A DNA stretch of 64,000 nt. Origin: Octopus vulgaris (lineage: Eukaryota). The notes below the pieces were generated by a model, which saw only the letters and a program-made list of their open reading frames with translations, did not search any database and was not told the DNA's origin. A program made the translations under genes and the position numbers. The DNA lies in the NCBI GenBank assembly GCA_951406725.2, contig OX597831.1, positions 65,286,001-65,350,000 of the forward strand, read 5' to 3'. Shown here piece after piece: positions 38,945-51,659 of this stretch. Position 1 is the stretch's first letter; each line of letters starts with the position of its first letter.

Positions 38945-40671
38945 TTAGGTCGTCATGTATGAAAGTTGTAGTAAGGTATATGGTAAACTTTTACAGCTGC
39001 TCATTTTGCACCATTATTATATTTTGACAATATTTTTTGTCAGAAAGCTGACACATCTATTTCTTTATTCTAACTCATTTTGCACTTTATAAAGTATTTA
39101 TAAATCGTTTTATGCTATTTTTGTTTAGAGATGGATAAGTCGGAAATTCGTACAGTTTTGAAATATGAGTTCTTTCTTGGAAATACAGCATCAACGACTG
39201 CACGGAATATTAATGGAGTATTTCATTCTAATGTTATTACACAGCAGACAGAATCAAATTGGTTTGCAAAATTTCGTTCTGGCAACTTTGACCTCACAAA
39301 TGAGCAACCCGGTCGACCAGAAACAAAGGTGTATAATGACGAACTGAAAGCCCCCGTCGAGTCAGATCCATTTCAAAGTGCCCGTGAATTATCGTTGTTG
39401 TTTAGTATTAGCAAGCAAACAATATTGACTCACCTAGTTCAAATTGGTAAAGTGAAAAAGTTGGATAAGTAGATTCCACGTGAACTCAATGAAAATCAGA
39501 AACAGCAACGTTTGGAAGCCTGCATTATGCTACTTTCTTATCACAAAAATGAATCACTTTTGAATCGAATTGTAACATGTGATGAGAAATGGATCAAATA
39601 CAACAACCGTAAACATTCAGCACAATGGCTGGACAAAGACGAGCCACCAAAACACAGTCTAAAAAGCAAACTTCATCAAAAGAAGCTGATGGTATGTGTT
39701 TGGTGGTCTGGCACAGGTGTGATCCATTATGATTTCATTAAACCTGGCTCATCAATCATGGCCGAAATATACTGCAGCCAACTGGACCAAATGATGCAGA
39801 AACTTTCAAAAAGAAAAAAACCAGCCTAGATTAGTCAACAGATCTATTCCTGTTTTATTGCAACACAACGCCAGACCACTCATCGCAAAAATGACATTGG
39901 CAAAACTGCAGGAGTTGGAGTTGGAAGTTCTCCATCATCCACCATACTTATCTGATCTTGTCCCCACTGACTTCCACTTCTTCGAGAATTTGGATAACTT
40001 TTTGATAGGAAAAAGATTTAATTCCGATGATGCTATAAAACAGGCCTTCCAAGATTTTATTGCATCTTGTTTGCCAGGCTTTTACAGTTGCCACGTGGTT
40101 AGAATGACTGACGAACGACTTCCCAAACAGATCTTCTACTCCCAACTCAAAGACAGCAAGCGTACAAAAGGAGGCCAGAAGAAACGCTACAAGGACTCCC
40201 TGAAAACGAACCTCAAAAAGTGTGACATCGACTTCACTAACTGGGAGGAAACGGCAAAAAACAGACCACTCTGGAAAACCACCATCCATGAGGGAACGGC
40301 GACTTTCGAGTCGAAAAGGTCTGCAGAGCTGGAGGAGAAAAGACGACGACGGAAGGAGCGCCAACAACAACCACATGCGACTCTCCTTCCGGCACTAGAT
40401 GTCCGCACTGCGACCGATCTTTTCAAGCAAGAATTGGTCTTATCGGTCACCTACGGACTCACCAGTAAATTTGCGCGAAGACCATCATCCTCGACCTTGA
40501 GGGATTGCCATCATCATCATCACAGTTCTGGGCTGAACAATCTACCGCTGAAATGGCAAAAGTGTATTGACAACATGGGTGCATATTTTGATGAATTAAA
40601 CTATTCCTTGTATTTATAAAAATTTAGCAAACTTTTTTTCTTTTCTACAAATTTTATACTTGACGACCTAA
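38945..40671 (+). mobile_element. Full-length defective mariner (Hsmar1/cecropia-like) containing an RTE insert
   Basis: TIRs TTAGGTCGTCA.../...TGACGACCTAA. Transposase from 39131 with IVTCDEKW, QHNARP and HPPYLSDLVPTD. Stops at ~39470 and ~39827. Confidence 0.92.
40090..40521 (+). mobile_element. RTE LINE 3' fragment with a terminal C2H2 finger
   Basis: HVVRMTDERLPKQIFYSQL...GGQKKRYKD; an alternate frame reads CPHCDRSFQARIGLIGHLRTH. (CAT)n tail and TSD ACAGTT. Confidence 0.9.
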
Positions 40672-40883
40672 TGTATATGGAAGAAGGCTGTTACTGCGCA
40701 TGAACATCTCAAAAGAATGCAAGGCAATTGTTCAGCAATGATTTAATCAACGCACTCCAGTCACTCGTTTATAGACGTGTTGTTTCTTTCTCTCTCGACT
40801 TCTCGCTTTTTAATGGTCTTTGCTCCTCTGTACCAGCTATCTGATTACTCTCGCCACTGATGGTCATCTATATCTCCTTCCTT

Positions 40884-41298
40884 GGATCTTTTCGGTTTGA
40901 ACGGCAGTTTTTTCTAGCGGTGTCACATGATATTGTCACCCATAATTATGACCCTAGTATCGATCTATTGCATTTCAATCTGTTTTAGGGTTAGGGTTAG
41001 GGGGAAGGGTATCTTTTTTTCTTCACAAATGTAAATAGACCCAATCTGTTTCTTAAACGAGGGTCATATTCATACGGCACAGAATTTTTTTTTTTACCTC
41101 AATGGACGTCAATGATTGGTTGAAATTGCAGAAATTGAAGAAAAAAAACCAACAAATATCTTACAAACCATAGAGTTTTCTCAATAAAGCCAAGAGAAAA
41201 AGATGTTTTATAAACCCATTCTACCAGTATACGAAGTTTAAAAGTGTTTAGTTACCTAGAAATTATGTTAAAAACTGCCGTTCAAACCGAAAAGATCC
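40884..41298. mobile_element. GGATC MITE
   Basis: 8-bp TSD CCTTCCTT; (TTAGGG)3. Confidence 0.9.
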
Positions 41299-41680
41299 CC
41301 TTCCTTCTCCAATCACTTTGTTCTATCTCATTACACATTTTAACTTAACCTTCCATCCCAGATTTTCACCCTGCTAGAACCGTCCCATCCCGTCGCTGAC
41401 ATTTTCCCTGTAAACATTGCACTCCGATTACGTTGGTTCTGTAAAGATTTGTACTTCTCCCATCTTGAATAAACCCCGCTCTTGAATAAACTCCTCCTTT
41501 CTGAAATTCTGTTCTAGTCTTCAACTCCCCTCCATACTTTAACCGATTATATATATTATCGAGTTTCTTAACCATCATCCCGTTTTAAAATCAAGAGCTT
41601 TGCTATTCTCTTCGAACAAAATCTCTAATCGTCATAAAGGCGTTCCCAACTTAGTTCTATTACTAATTAAGAAAAAAATG

Positions 41681-42104
41681 GGATCTTTTCGGTTTGAACG
41701 GCAGTTTTTTCTAGCGGTGTCATATGAAATTGTCACCCATAATTATGACCCTAGTATCGATCTATTGCATTTCAATCTGTTTTAGGGTTAGGATTAGTCA
41801 GGGGTAGGGGGAAGGGTACCTTTTTTTCTTCAGAAATGTAAATAAACCCAATCTGTTTCTTAAACGAGGGACATATTCATACGGCACAATGTTTTTTTTA
41901 TCTCAATAGACGTCAGTGATTGGTTGAAATTGCAGAAATTGAAGAAAAAAACAACAACAAATATCTTACAAACTATAGAATTTTCTGAATAAAGCCAAGA
42001 GAAAAAGATGTTTTATAAGCACATTCTACCAGTATACGAAGTTTAAAAGTGTTTAGTAACATGGGAATTATTTTAAAAAACTGCCGTTCAAACCGAAAAG
42101 ATCC
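41681..42104. mobile_element. GGATC MITE ~320 bp upstream of the Rab8 ATG
   Basis: Same TIRs. Flanked by a 34/35-bp direct repeat. Confidence 0.9.
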
Positions 42105-42330
42105 CAACTTAGTTCTATTACTAATTAAGAAAAAAAATGTTATAGTCTGAAGAGATAAGTGATAATTAATGCCGGTAAAAAAAATCAATAGGATAAACTG
42201 TAAGAGGCCTGTCCGAAACGTTCAAACTCATATTACAAAACACAAACGAAGTGATCTTATTTTACAAAGTCACTTAATTTTTCCTCTTTTTAAAGTGCCA
42301 ATTACCAAATTATTCTACGAGAATGAACAC

Positions 42331-42429
42331 CAGAAGTGAGCGGAAGTGACGTAAATTGAACGTCAGCTATTATGTAAATTAGGGTGTTTCCTGAGCAGAC
42401 GCAGCCATTGAAGCATTGGCAAGATGGCG
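42331..42429 (+). promoter_or_regulatory. Rab8 proximal promoter motifs
   Basis: GCGGAAGTGACGTAA (overlapping ETS and CRE-like sites, 42340-42354). YY1-like AAGATGGCG overlaps the start codon. Confidence 0.55.
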
Positions 42430-42547
42430 AAGACTTACGATTACTTATTCAAGCTGCTACTTATAGGAGATTCAGGAGTAGGCAAAACTTGTGTATTGTT
42501 TCGATTCTCTGAAGACGCCTTTAATACCACGTTTATTTCAACTATAG
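42424..42547 (+). CDS. RAB8A: Rab8 small GTPase, coding exon 1 (124 nt)
   Basis: [42 protein letters not shown] is the Rab8 N-terminus with its P-loop. Donor G|gtaagt. Confidence 0.96.
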
Positions 42548-44568
42548 GTAAGTACACGATAATCGGTCGATTATTTCTTTTTTCCTTTATAAAATGTAAT
42601 TATCCAGCCGCTTACGGGAGTTTATTTAGCTCTGTTCTGTCATCGCCAACCATTTACTTACTTACATATACAGACGAAAATATAATTAGCAGCGAGTTTA
42701 CTTGTAAAAAGTTGTCATTATTTATCCGAGTGTTCCTAAAGTAGCTATATGAAAATAATAAAGAAAGAAAGAAATGCCCTGATTAAGTCAATTTCCGATT
42801 TTCCCAGTAAGTGTCGGAAGTGAAATTTACAAGTTAAGATGTTATCCTCCCCCATTTACCAGTCGTGTATTTTAAGAAATTGTTTCTGATCAATTATGTT
42901 TCCCTTTGTTCCACATTTATTTTCTGGTTCTTGCTGATGTGATAACTCACCATGCAGAATGTGTTACGTTTGTGTTTCGTTTAAGCAAAGAGAAAGTGTT
43001 TTTTTTAAAGAAATGCTACTTGTGTCTAAAGTGGTGGGTCTCGACCTGTGGTAAAATTGGGGTGTTTGGTGCGTGATCGTCTATTCCGGCTTCATTTATC
43101 GTTTGCTGCTTACAGTATTTTTTATAAAAATTAAGGTCTGAATAATGACTCGATTACTGTTCTCGATTGTCAACATATTCATAGATATCTGAAAACCCAT
43201 TTTATATACTATCTTGGCGCTTAATGCTTATTACAGAATTCTCATTAACTGCCAAACAAGTGCCTGTTGGAAACTTTTTTTTTGTAATTACCATCGCAGC
43301 ATACACTTTGTGTGTGTTTATACTCTAAAGTTTGAAATAATTATAATATCGAAAAGTTATTTCACCTCCAGTTAATCGTGATTATTATCAAAGGCGTTCA
43401 TGGTATGACTATTTATCTATTTTTTTAAGGCACAATGTATCTAGAGTTATGTTATTCAATGTGTCCTCTTCCCCAAACGTGATTTGAAGGCGATTTGGTT
43501 TGCAAGCCACTGTGTATTGGTACGTTGTACGGACAAAATATAAGCTTCATATTCATGCTTATATTATGTTTAAAGATTTCAAGAACTGTCTGTAAAAAAT
43601 ATTTCGTTTTAATTCTCTTTAGAAATATTTTAGTCACGATGTTCAATGATAAAAACTTGTTATTCAATTTATTTAGCAGGCCGAAAGTTTTCTTTGTATG
43701 TTATATACCACTCCAGTCTATGTGGGTGCACTGTTAAGCCGGCCTTATTTCACTTAGCAGTTAAAGTTATATGTTGTAAACCAGATTTTACTGTTGCCGG
43801 AATCTAAGCTAGTGTAAAAAATTAAAAAAGGAAAAAAAAAAAGCATCTAATTTAGATGAAAATTTTTCATTATTCTCATTTGACATAATAAATGACTGAG
43901 GTATTAATTATTTTAACTTAATTTGAGTATTGCTTTAAAAGCGAACAATTTCTTTTTTTTACTAATAAGAATTTTAATATAGCTAATTATATTTTTTTAT
44001 TCTGGTTAGTCTTGGATGTGATGAAAAACTTAATTGAGCCACCGAAGAGACACGTGGGTCTTGCAAGTGAAGTTGATTGACAATCAAGACATTTCCTTGA
44101 CATCACTCATTCACATATACGTGTGTACGTGTGTGTGTGTGTTTGTATATGTATCAATATGTGTGTGTGGGTTACTGACAGCTTTGCAAGTACTCTTTGA
44201 ATAGAGATTCGTATTAAACGATATTAAACTGTCACCGATCAGGTGATTTGTGTGTCTATGGGATTTTTACGTCCTTTTCTTTTTTTTCTTCTCTTTTTAT
44301 GTATAAAACTTATTTGCAAGTGTAACTGTTTACACGTCACTGCTATATTTTGGACTGCTTGCTTAGAAAAAAATGTTTGAAGATTCTTTTAGTTCAATCA
44401 TAATTTAAAACGTCTGGATCTATTTGTTTCTCTGTAAACTCTTACCTACGATAATTTACAAGTTCTATATTCCAGTTACCATTTAATCAAATTATAATTA
44501 TCAGTTATTATTATTTTCAATTGACTACTTTTCAAATTAACGTATCCGAGATATTCTCAAGATTTTAC

Positions 44569-44617
44569 GGTAAAATTACAGATTAACACCCGCACGATGT
44601 TAATCTGTAATTTTACC
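44569..44617. mobile_element. 49-bp mini-MITE
   Basis: Perfect 20-bp TIR GGTAAAATTACAGATTAACA with an 8-bp TSD GATTTTAC. Confidence 0.75.
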
Positions 44618-44631
44618 GATTTTACTTGATG

Positions 44632-45679
44632 AAAATAGTTGGGCCACCGAATGAATGGTTTTATGAAATATTTGTTGAAAAATAGTGCGCTGTATACGAA
44701 GTTTATAAAGTTTAATCTGATATATTTCTGAACTGAAAGGATCTTAAATTTTAATCTTTTTTTTTTTTATAACTTTGATTGTGACTGTGTCGAATAATAA
44801 ATATCTCGTAGCATTCATACTTTCGGATTTAATTTATTAGTTAGAAATAGCAGAATTTTATTACAACCCAAGTTGTAAATAAATGTACTTTAGAGTATGT
44901 TGCAAGTCCGTCTGGATGGAAGACTTTTGATATGTATGTTCCAGCCATGACCACTGCGTCTTTTTGTTTAGAACATAGTGTGTACTTTTTCTTTAATAAT
45001 CAATGTGATTTGAGAGAAGTTGGCTACTACTTTTAGCAGGATGACTGGCAGTTGGTGGCGTCCCGTTGGTTCTAGTTGTTTAAATAGGAAGAACTCGAAA
45101 ATTGGTTTATTAACTCGGTGTTTTCCTTTATGTAGCTTAATTTTTATCGTTGCTTGCTTCTCATTAATCTATTCAAAAAAATATTTAAAAATTGTAACAC
45201 ATGATACATAATCTTTGTTTTTGGCCGTGCTCGAGCATAATTTCTTTTCTGTCTCCTAGTTTTCGCATTTTATACATAACATCCTAAATTAGCAATGCTA
45301 TTTCAGTTAAAAATTCAATAGCTGACTTACTGCTTTTGTTGTCATTTCAAATAAACTAACAATTAACTTACGTCAAAGCAAGTTTTTATTCTTAAATTAG
45401 CACAAGCATTATTGCATGTTTGTAGAGAGATAAAAATCTATAGTTTCTCAGATTTTTTAAAAACCATGTTCAATGGGTGCCTTCCTGACAATGAAGGAGG
45501 GGAAGTTCTCAAATTGGAACCGTTAATATGGAATGTAAAAATTAATGTAATAGATAAAAATAGTTGGGCCACCGAATGAATTATTTTATGAAATATTTGT
45601 TGAAAAATAGTGCGTTGTATAACGAAGTACTTATAAAGTTTTATCTGATATATTTCTGGACTGAAAGGATCTTAAATTT
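44632..45679 (+). repeat. Dispersed ~120-bp direct repeat (44632-44751 and 45557-45679)
   Basis: Both copies start AAAATAGTTGGGCCACCGAATGAAT and end GGATCTTAAATTT. Confidence 0.8.
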
Positions 45680-46572
45680 CGTAGTGTTCGTAATGATAAT
45701 AGGTTTGTGAGAGAAGGTCACTGCAATATTTTATATACTAATGGTGTAGTTTTTGAAGATAGCTTTCAAACAGAAGTGGCGACATGATTCTGTTAATCTT
45801 TGAAATAAGTAGGAAGTTAAATGTTACTAGATTGTTGGTTTTCTGTTAGAATACTAATGTGGTAAGTTGATCAAATAAGCTGACGTTATCAGTGGTCATT
45901 GTGAATAGAAAGGTGCGAAGTGTTATCAAGGAGCATTTGTTGGGACGGAGATGATCATAGATAAAAAAAAAAAAATCAGATAACGGATTCCTGTGGGTTG
46001 CTAGAATTTTTGGGGTGTGGTTTGTTTTGTCTGTGTATGTCAGTTGGACCTGAAGTTTCAGATCTTTGAAAATTAGATCATACTTAAACCCGTAAGAAAG
46101 CACTTTCCTTAGAGAGTTCCTGAATTGTATGCTACCAAAAAGTTTGTATCCATTCAGTATCACAGCTTTGATTTTACTGATTTTTATCCAGCTGGTAATT
46201 ACGATTCTAGGAAGCTTCTGATAATAAGGCTTAGCATCTACAATAGCGTATTAATTTTGCTTGCGAAAAGTAATTTTCTTATTTATTATTTGCGTGAGCC
46301 TAATTAATGTTTTAATGGAGAAAACAAAGAACACACAATCTTTAGTAAGGGATTCAATTGATATTCAGTTCGGGTTTCAAGCAGATGACCAGATTTTACA
46401 TAGCAAAAACAAGCATTGTATGTATGTGTGTATACATCTGATGGTGCAGCCATCTGGTTCGCCAGTCCTCAGTCAAATCGTCCAACCCATGGAAAGCGGA
46501 CGTTAAACGATGATGATGTATATATATATATATATATATGTATGTATATGTATATATATATATATATATATG

Positions 46573-47275
46573 GGTTAATATCTAGATCCGCACCCGGTGG
46601 GAAAAATGAGATCCGCACCCGGTGGGAAAAATGAGATCCGCACCCGGTGGGAAAAATGGAAACGAAAATGTGTAACAGTTGTAAGGCATCGTATATTGAA
46701 GGAATATGACGAAAAAAAAGCGCGCTGACAAACGGGGGGGGGAGGGGCTTGGAAAATTGCCTACGATTTAAAGAAAAATTTACCATCAATTTTCACCATT
46801 GTGTTTCTGATTCGCGACCCCATGTCGAATTTATCGATTTTTTTCAGAACTGGGGGAACTTTTCAAAATTTTCGCTGCGTTAGTTTTGAATTATGACATT
46901 GGGCTATGTGTGTGAAATGCGTTTAAAATGGTGAAAATTGATGGTAAATTTTTCTTTAAATCGTAGGCAATTTTCCGAGCCCCGCCCCCCCGTTTGTCAG
47001 CGCGCTTTTTTTCGTCATATTCCTTCAATATACGATGCCTTACACCTGTTACACATATTTTTTTCCATTTTTGCCACCTGGGCGTGGATCCTCTACGGTT
47101 GATCCTGGGAATTTCCCGAGCCCCCCACCCCCCACCCCCGTTTGTCAGCGCGCTTTTTTCCCGTCTTATTCCGTCAATATACGATGCCTTACAACTGTTA
47201 CACATTTTCGTTTCCATTTTTCCCACCGGGTGCGGATCTCATTTTTCCCACCGGGTGCGGATCTAGATATTAACC
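46573..47275. mobile_element. Foldback DNA element with subterminal 24-bp repeats
   Basis: TIR GGTTAATATCTAGATCCGCACCCGGTGGGAAAAATG. The 24-bp unit occurs 3 times on the left and twice on the right, and the arms are long. Confidence 0.85.
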
Positions 47276-47279
47276 TAGT

Positions 47280-49958
47280 ATGTGCAAAGTGAAATTAGTC
47301 ACAAAACATAGAATCCGGCTGCAGGGATTACCCTGCCTAAAAGACTGAATGTTGATCGTCTTAGGTGTAATAGTGTGAAGAGAACTTTACAAGAGGAAAT
47401 GAATGCTGCAGATATTGGGGAGGATTGGCCGACCCTTAAAAAATCAATTTATGATATAGGTAAGAAAGTTCTGGGATTGATACAAAGAAAGCATCAAGAT
47501 TGGTTTAAAGAAAATGATGAACATATAGATGATTTATTGGCTGATAAAAGATGTACTTTGTCACACTATTTGTCAGCCAAGCCACAGGAAAGGGAAGTGT
47601 TGCATAGGGAACTCAAGGATGTAAAATCACGTGTGAGGCAAAGGCTCAGATGAAGGATATGTGGTGGAGTAAGAAGGCTGATGTGATATAGGCTGCATCG
47701 GATTCCAATAACACAAAGCTGTTGTATGGTCTCTTGTGAGAAGTTTATGGACTGATGTCTTCTCTGATGACACCACTTTAAAGCAGGGATGGTAAAGAAC
47801 TTCTTCGTGATTCACAGGGAATTCTGTGAAGGTGGCAAGAACACTTTGATGAATTTTTGAATCAGCAGTCTGTAGTTAGTGAGGATGTTCTCAATCTCAT
47901 CCCTGGATTACCCGTGAAGGCAGCACTTGCAGAACCACCAAAGTTGGAGGAAGTTGCAATGGCTGTCTCAAGGATGAATAATGGGAAATCTCCGGGTATG
48001 GATGGCATACATGCGGAGTTGTTACAGCATGGTGGTGAGAAACTTCTGCAGCAACTTCACTCTTTGTTTGGTAAGATATGGGCTAGTGAATCTGTACCAG
48101 AGGACTGGAGAGATACAGCAATGGTGGTCTTGTATAAGGGAAAGGGCAACAGGAATGATTGTGGTAATTATAGGGGAATATCATTGCTTTCTGTCGTAGG
48201 AAAGGTTTTATGCAGGGTACTTCTGGATCGTCTGCTGAAACATGTTGCAGATTGTGTTCTTCCAGAAAGTCAATCTGGCTTTCATGTGGGATGTGGCACT
48301 ACTGATATGATCTTTTCAGCTAGACAGCTTCAGAAGAAGTGTATGGAACAGGGTCTGGATTTGTATCAGGTTTTTGTCGATCTGACAAAATCCTTTGATA
48401 CTGTTAATAGAGAAGCATTGTGGAAAGTCCTCCAGAAACTTGGGTGGCCTGAAAAGTTCCTTGCTTTGGTTAGGTCTTTTCATGAAGACATGAAGGGTAG
48501 GGTTAATGTTAGAGGGAAAATGTCAATACAAAACGGAGTGAAACAGGGGTATATTCTGGCACCGACCCTATTTGCCATATATTTTGTGATGGTTTTCTGT
48601 ATTGCATTCAGAAACTGCAGATATGGTGTTTACATCCATTGTCGAACCTCTGGCAGCATATTTAATATCAGGTGCTTTGCTGCAAAAACAAAGGTATTTA
48701 CCTCTATCATAAGAGACCTTTTGTATGCAGATGATTGTGATCTAGTAGCGCACACAGACTGATATGCAACACATTTTGAATGCATTCTCTGATGCTTGCA
48801 CTGCCTTAGGATTGACAGTCAGTCTCAAGAAAACTGTTGTCATGTACCAACCTGCCCCTGGTAAGCAGTATAGTGTACCAAATATCTATGTGTATGGTAA
48901 ACGACTTGATGTAGTTGATCAGTTTGTCTACCTGGGAAGCACTGTTAATAGATATAGCAATTTGGATGATGAAATTCCATACAGAATTAGGAAAGCAAGT
49001 GATGCTTTTGGAAGGCTAGAAAGGTGCCTCTGGAGTCGGCGAGACATATGCAGAAAGACAAAGATAAAGGTGTACAAGGCATGTGTGCTCCCTTCTCTTC
49101 TCTATGCCTGCGAGACGTGGGTCACATATCGCTACCACCTTAAACAGCTAGAACGTTTCCATCAGATGTGTCTCAGATGGATCTACGGCATTAAGTGGGA
49201 GGACCGCATCGGTGATCTTGAAATATTGGAAGGCTCTTAGTGCAAATGTATAGAAGCTCTTGTGTTAAAGCAAAGGCTCAGATGGAATGGTCATCTGGTC
49301 AGGATGCCAAAACAACTCTTTTATGGAGAGTTAGCTAAAGGAGAACGACCCCCACATAAACCAAAAAAGAGGTATAAGGATTTGCTGAAGGCTTCCTTAA
49401 GAGATGCTTGCATCTCTCCTGACACATGGGAGGGCATAGCTATTGATCGTAGCAGATGGAGAAGGATTGTGCATGAGGGGACGGCTACTTTTGAGAAATT
49501 TCGAGCTGCGCATGAGAAAGTAAGGAGGGATGTCAGGAAGGGCATCACTGTTACGCTTCCAGATGAGAAGGGTCTTCCTATGATGCTGACATGCAGTGTC
49601 TGTGCAAGACCCTGCCTTAGTAAAGCTGGACTCAAGAGTCATCTTCGTAGTCATAAAGCGAGACAGATTAGTGGCAACCTGGCCACTGGTGGTGGTATTA
49701 CACATCATACTAATCATATCTGTCAGGCATGTGGAAGAGAGTATAATTCATCAGGAGGACTTAAACGACATGCAAAGGTACATGAAGCCCAGTTACAACT
49801 ACAGCCGGCTACTTCTGGTAAAGGTTTTAGCTGCCAATTCTGTACAAGACATTGTAGATCTTTAGCTGGGTTAAAAAGTCACATTCGATCACAGCACCAA
49901 TAATAGTTAGGCTTCGTGCAATGGCCATACTCGATAATAAAGGGGCAGCCATCATCAT
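47280..49958 (+). mobile_element. 5'-truncated RTE-clade LINE, disabled RT with 3 C2H2 fingers (Rab8 intron 1)
   Basis: KSPGMDGI, NYRGISLL, FVDLTKSFDTV, GVKQG, LYADD, FVYLGS, LYACETW. Frameshifts and stops; (CAT)n tail. Confidence 0.93.
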
Positions 49959-50974
49959 GTATGTATATATCTATGTATGTATATATATGTGTGTGTGTGT
50001 GTGTGTATATATATGTGTATGTATGTGTATGTATGTATATGTATGTGTGTTAAGTTGCGGAAAGTAGGACAAGAAAAACTGTTTAATCCAAGCAAAATCT
50101 AGAGAAGTGAACCTGAAGGTTGCCTGTTAGTCTTTAGTTGGCTGAGCCTGTGCTATAGATCTATCCAAGTAGAGTTGGTCATGATTAGCTAATTTATTTA
50201 CTTATAAGAATTTGGATTCTGTGGAACATTGAAATACGAGAAGGATCTGGAATTATTGAGAACAGTAAATGGAGTGCAATCTACTACATATGTGAAATTA
50301 ATTTATGAATACTTTCTAAATGAGATGGGAAATTATCACTTTTTACCCAGTGTTAATTAGAAATGTAATTGTATGGTGGACTAAAATGTTAATGTCGTCA
50401 TTGACTCTTTGTTTACTAAAGATTTAATTAGTAAAATAAAAGTCATTATACTTTAAAATATTACCTGTTTTGAAATTAAAATGTGTTCTAATTGGCCAGT
50501 GGGTTGACAAAAATGTCTAAGTGATTCACAGTACTTAGTTTTGTCTATCTGTGTTCAAGACCTATTAAAGCTGGCTTAGTTTACCATTTCTTAAGGAATA
50601 GGAGACAGATTTATCAAGTTGATACAATCTACTATATCCACTCTGCTGCAAAAGAAATTGCCTTACATGTGGTCAAAGGTAGTTGATATTTTTTAAAGTT
50701 TAATAATAGTCAAGGCTATTAATACTATGTAAAACCAACATTGTCTCGTTCTTTTGGCAAAGTGCTTTACTTTGCTTACCTGAAAATAGGTTGCTTTGGG
50801 TTTGTGACAGTTGCCTCTAAATCATACACAATCCAAGTTTCTGGCAAGGAAAATGAATGTAAAACAAAATTATACCAAAGCAACTATAATGAAAAGGTAA
50901 TTCTAGTGAATTTTATTTTAAATATATATATTGTACTATAGGGCTTGAATTTTGATTCTGGGCATAAGAAACAC

Positions 50975-51605
50975 CAGATGTGGTGTGCAAGAGAGACATG
51001 TGATGCATATGGACGAGGACAGCTGTGTAAAGAAGTGCCAATCTCTGACTGTGGAGGGAACCTGTGGTAGCGGTAGACCCAGGAAGACATTGGATGAGGT
51101 GGTGAAACATGATCTTTGAACTTTGAGCCTCACAGAGGCAATGACTAGTGACCGAGACCTTTGGCGATATGCTGTGCTTGAGAAGACCCTTCAGGCCAAG
51201 TGTAATCATAGTCGTGGTTGATGCTGGTGCCACATAACTGGCACCCATGCCACCAGTATGTAAAGGGCACCTTTTGAGTGTTGGGCTTCATGGAGGCAAA
51301 GTGGCTGATGCTGGTGGCACATGAAAATCTCTTCTGAGTGTTGGGCCTCACAGAGGCAATGACCTTTGGCATTATGTCATGCTTGAGAAGACCTATCAAG
51401 CCAAGTAAAATTGCAGTTGTGGCAGATACCGGTGTCGTGCAAATGGCACCCATTACACTCTCGGAGTAGTTGGCGTTAGGAAGGGCATCCAGTCGTAGAA
51501 ACCATGCCAAATCAGACTGGAACCTGGTACAGCCTTCCAGCTTGCCAGCCCTGGTAAAACTGTCCAATCCACGGAAAGCGGATGCTGAATGATGATGATG
51601 ATGAT
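50975..51605 (+). mobile_element. RTE 3' fragment
   Basis: ORF end, modules and (GAT)n tail. Confidence 0.8.
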
Positions 51606-51659
51606 CAAGATTTTCCCCATGTTGTCTTCGTTGATGTAGGAATTATTTCACATTGTATA

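Noticed and set aside
40985-41004. Interstitial telomere or chromosome-fusion scar
   Set aside because: There are only 2-3 TTAGGG units, and they are internal to every full copy of the MITE.
42548-42744. Extension of the Rab8 ORF to 106 aa
   Set aside because: This is read-through into the intron past a canonical GTAAGT donor.
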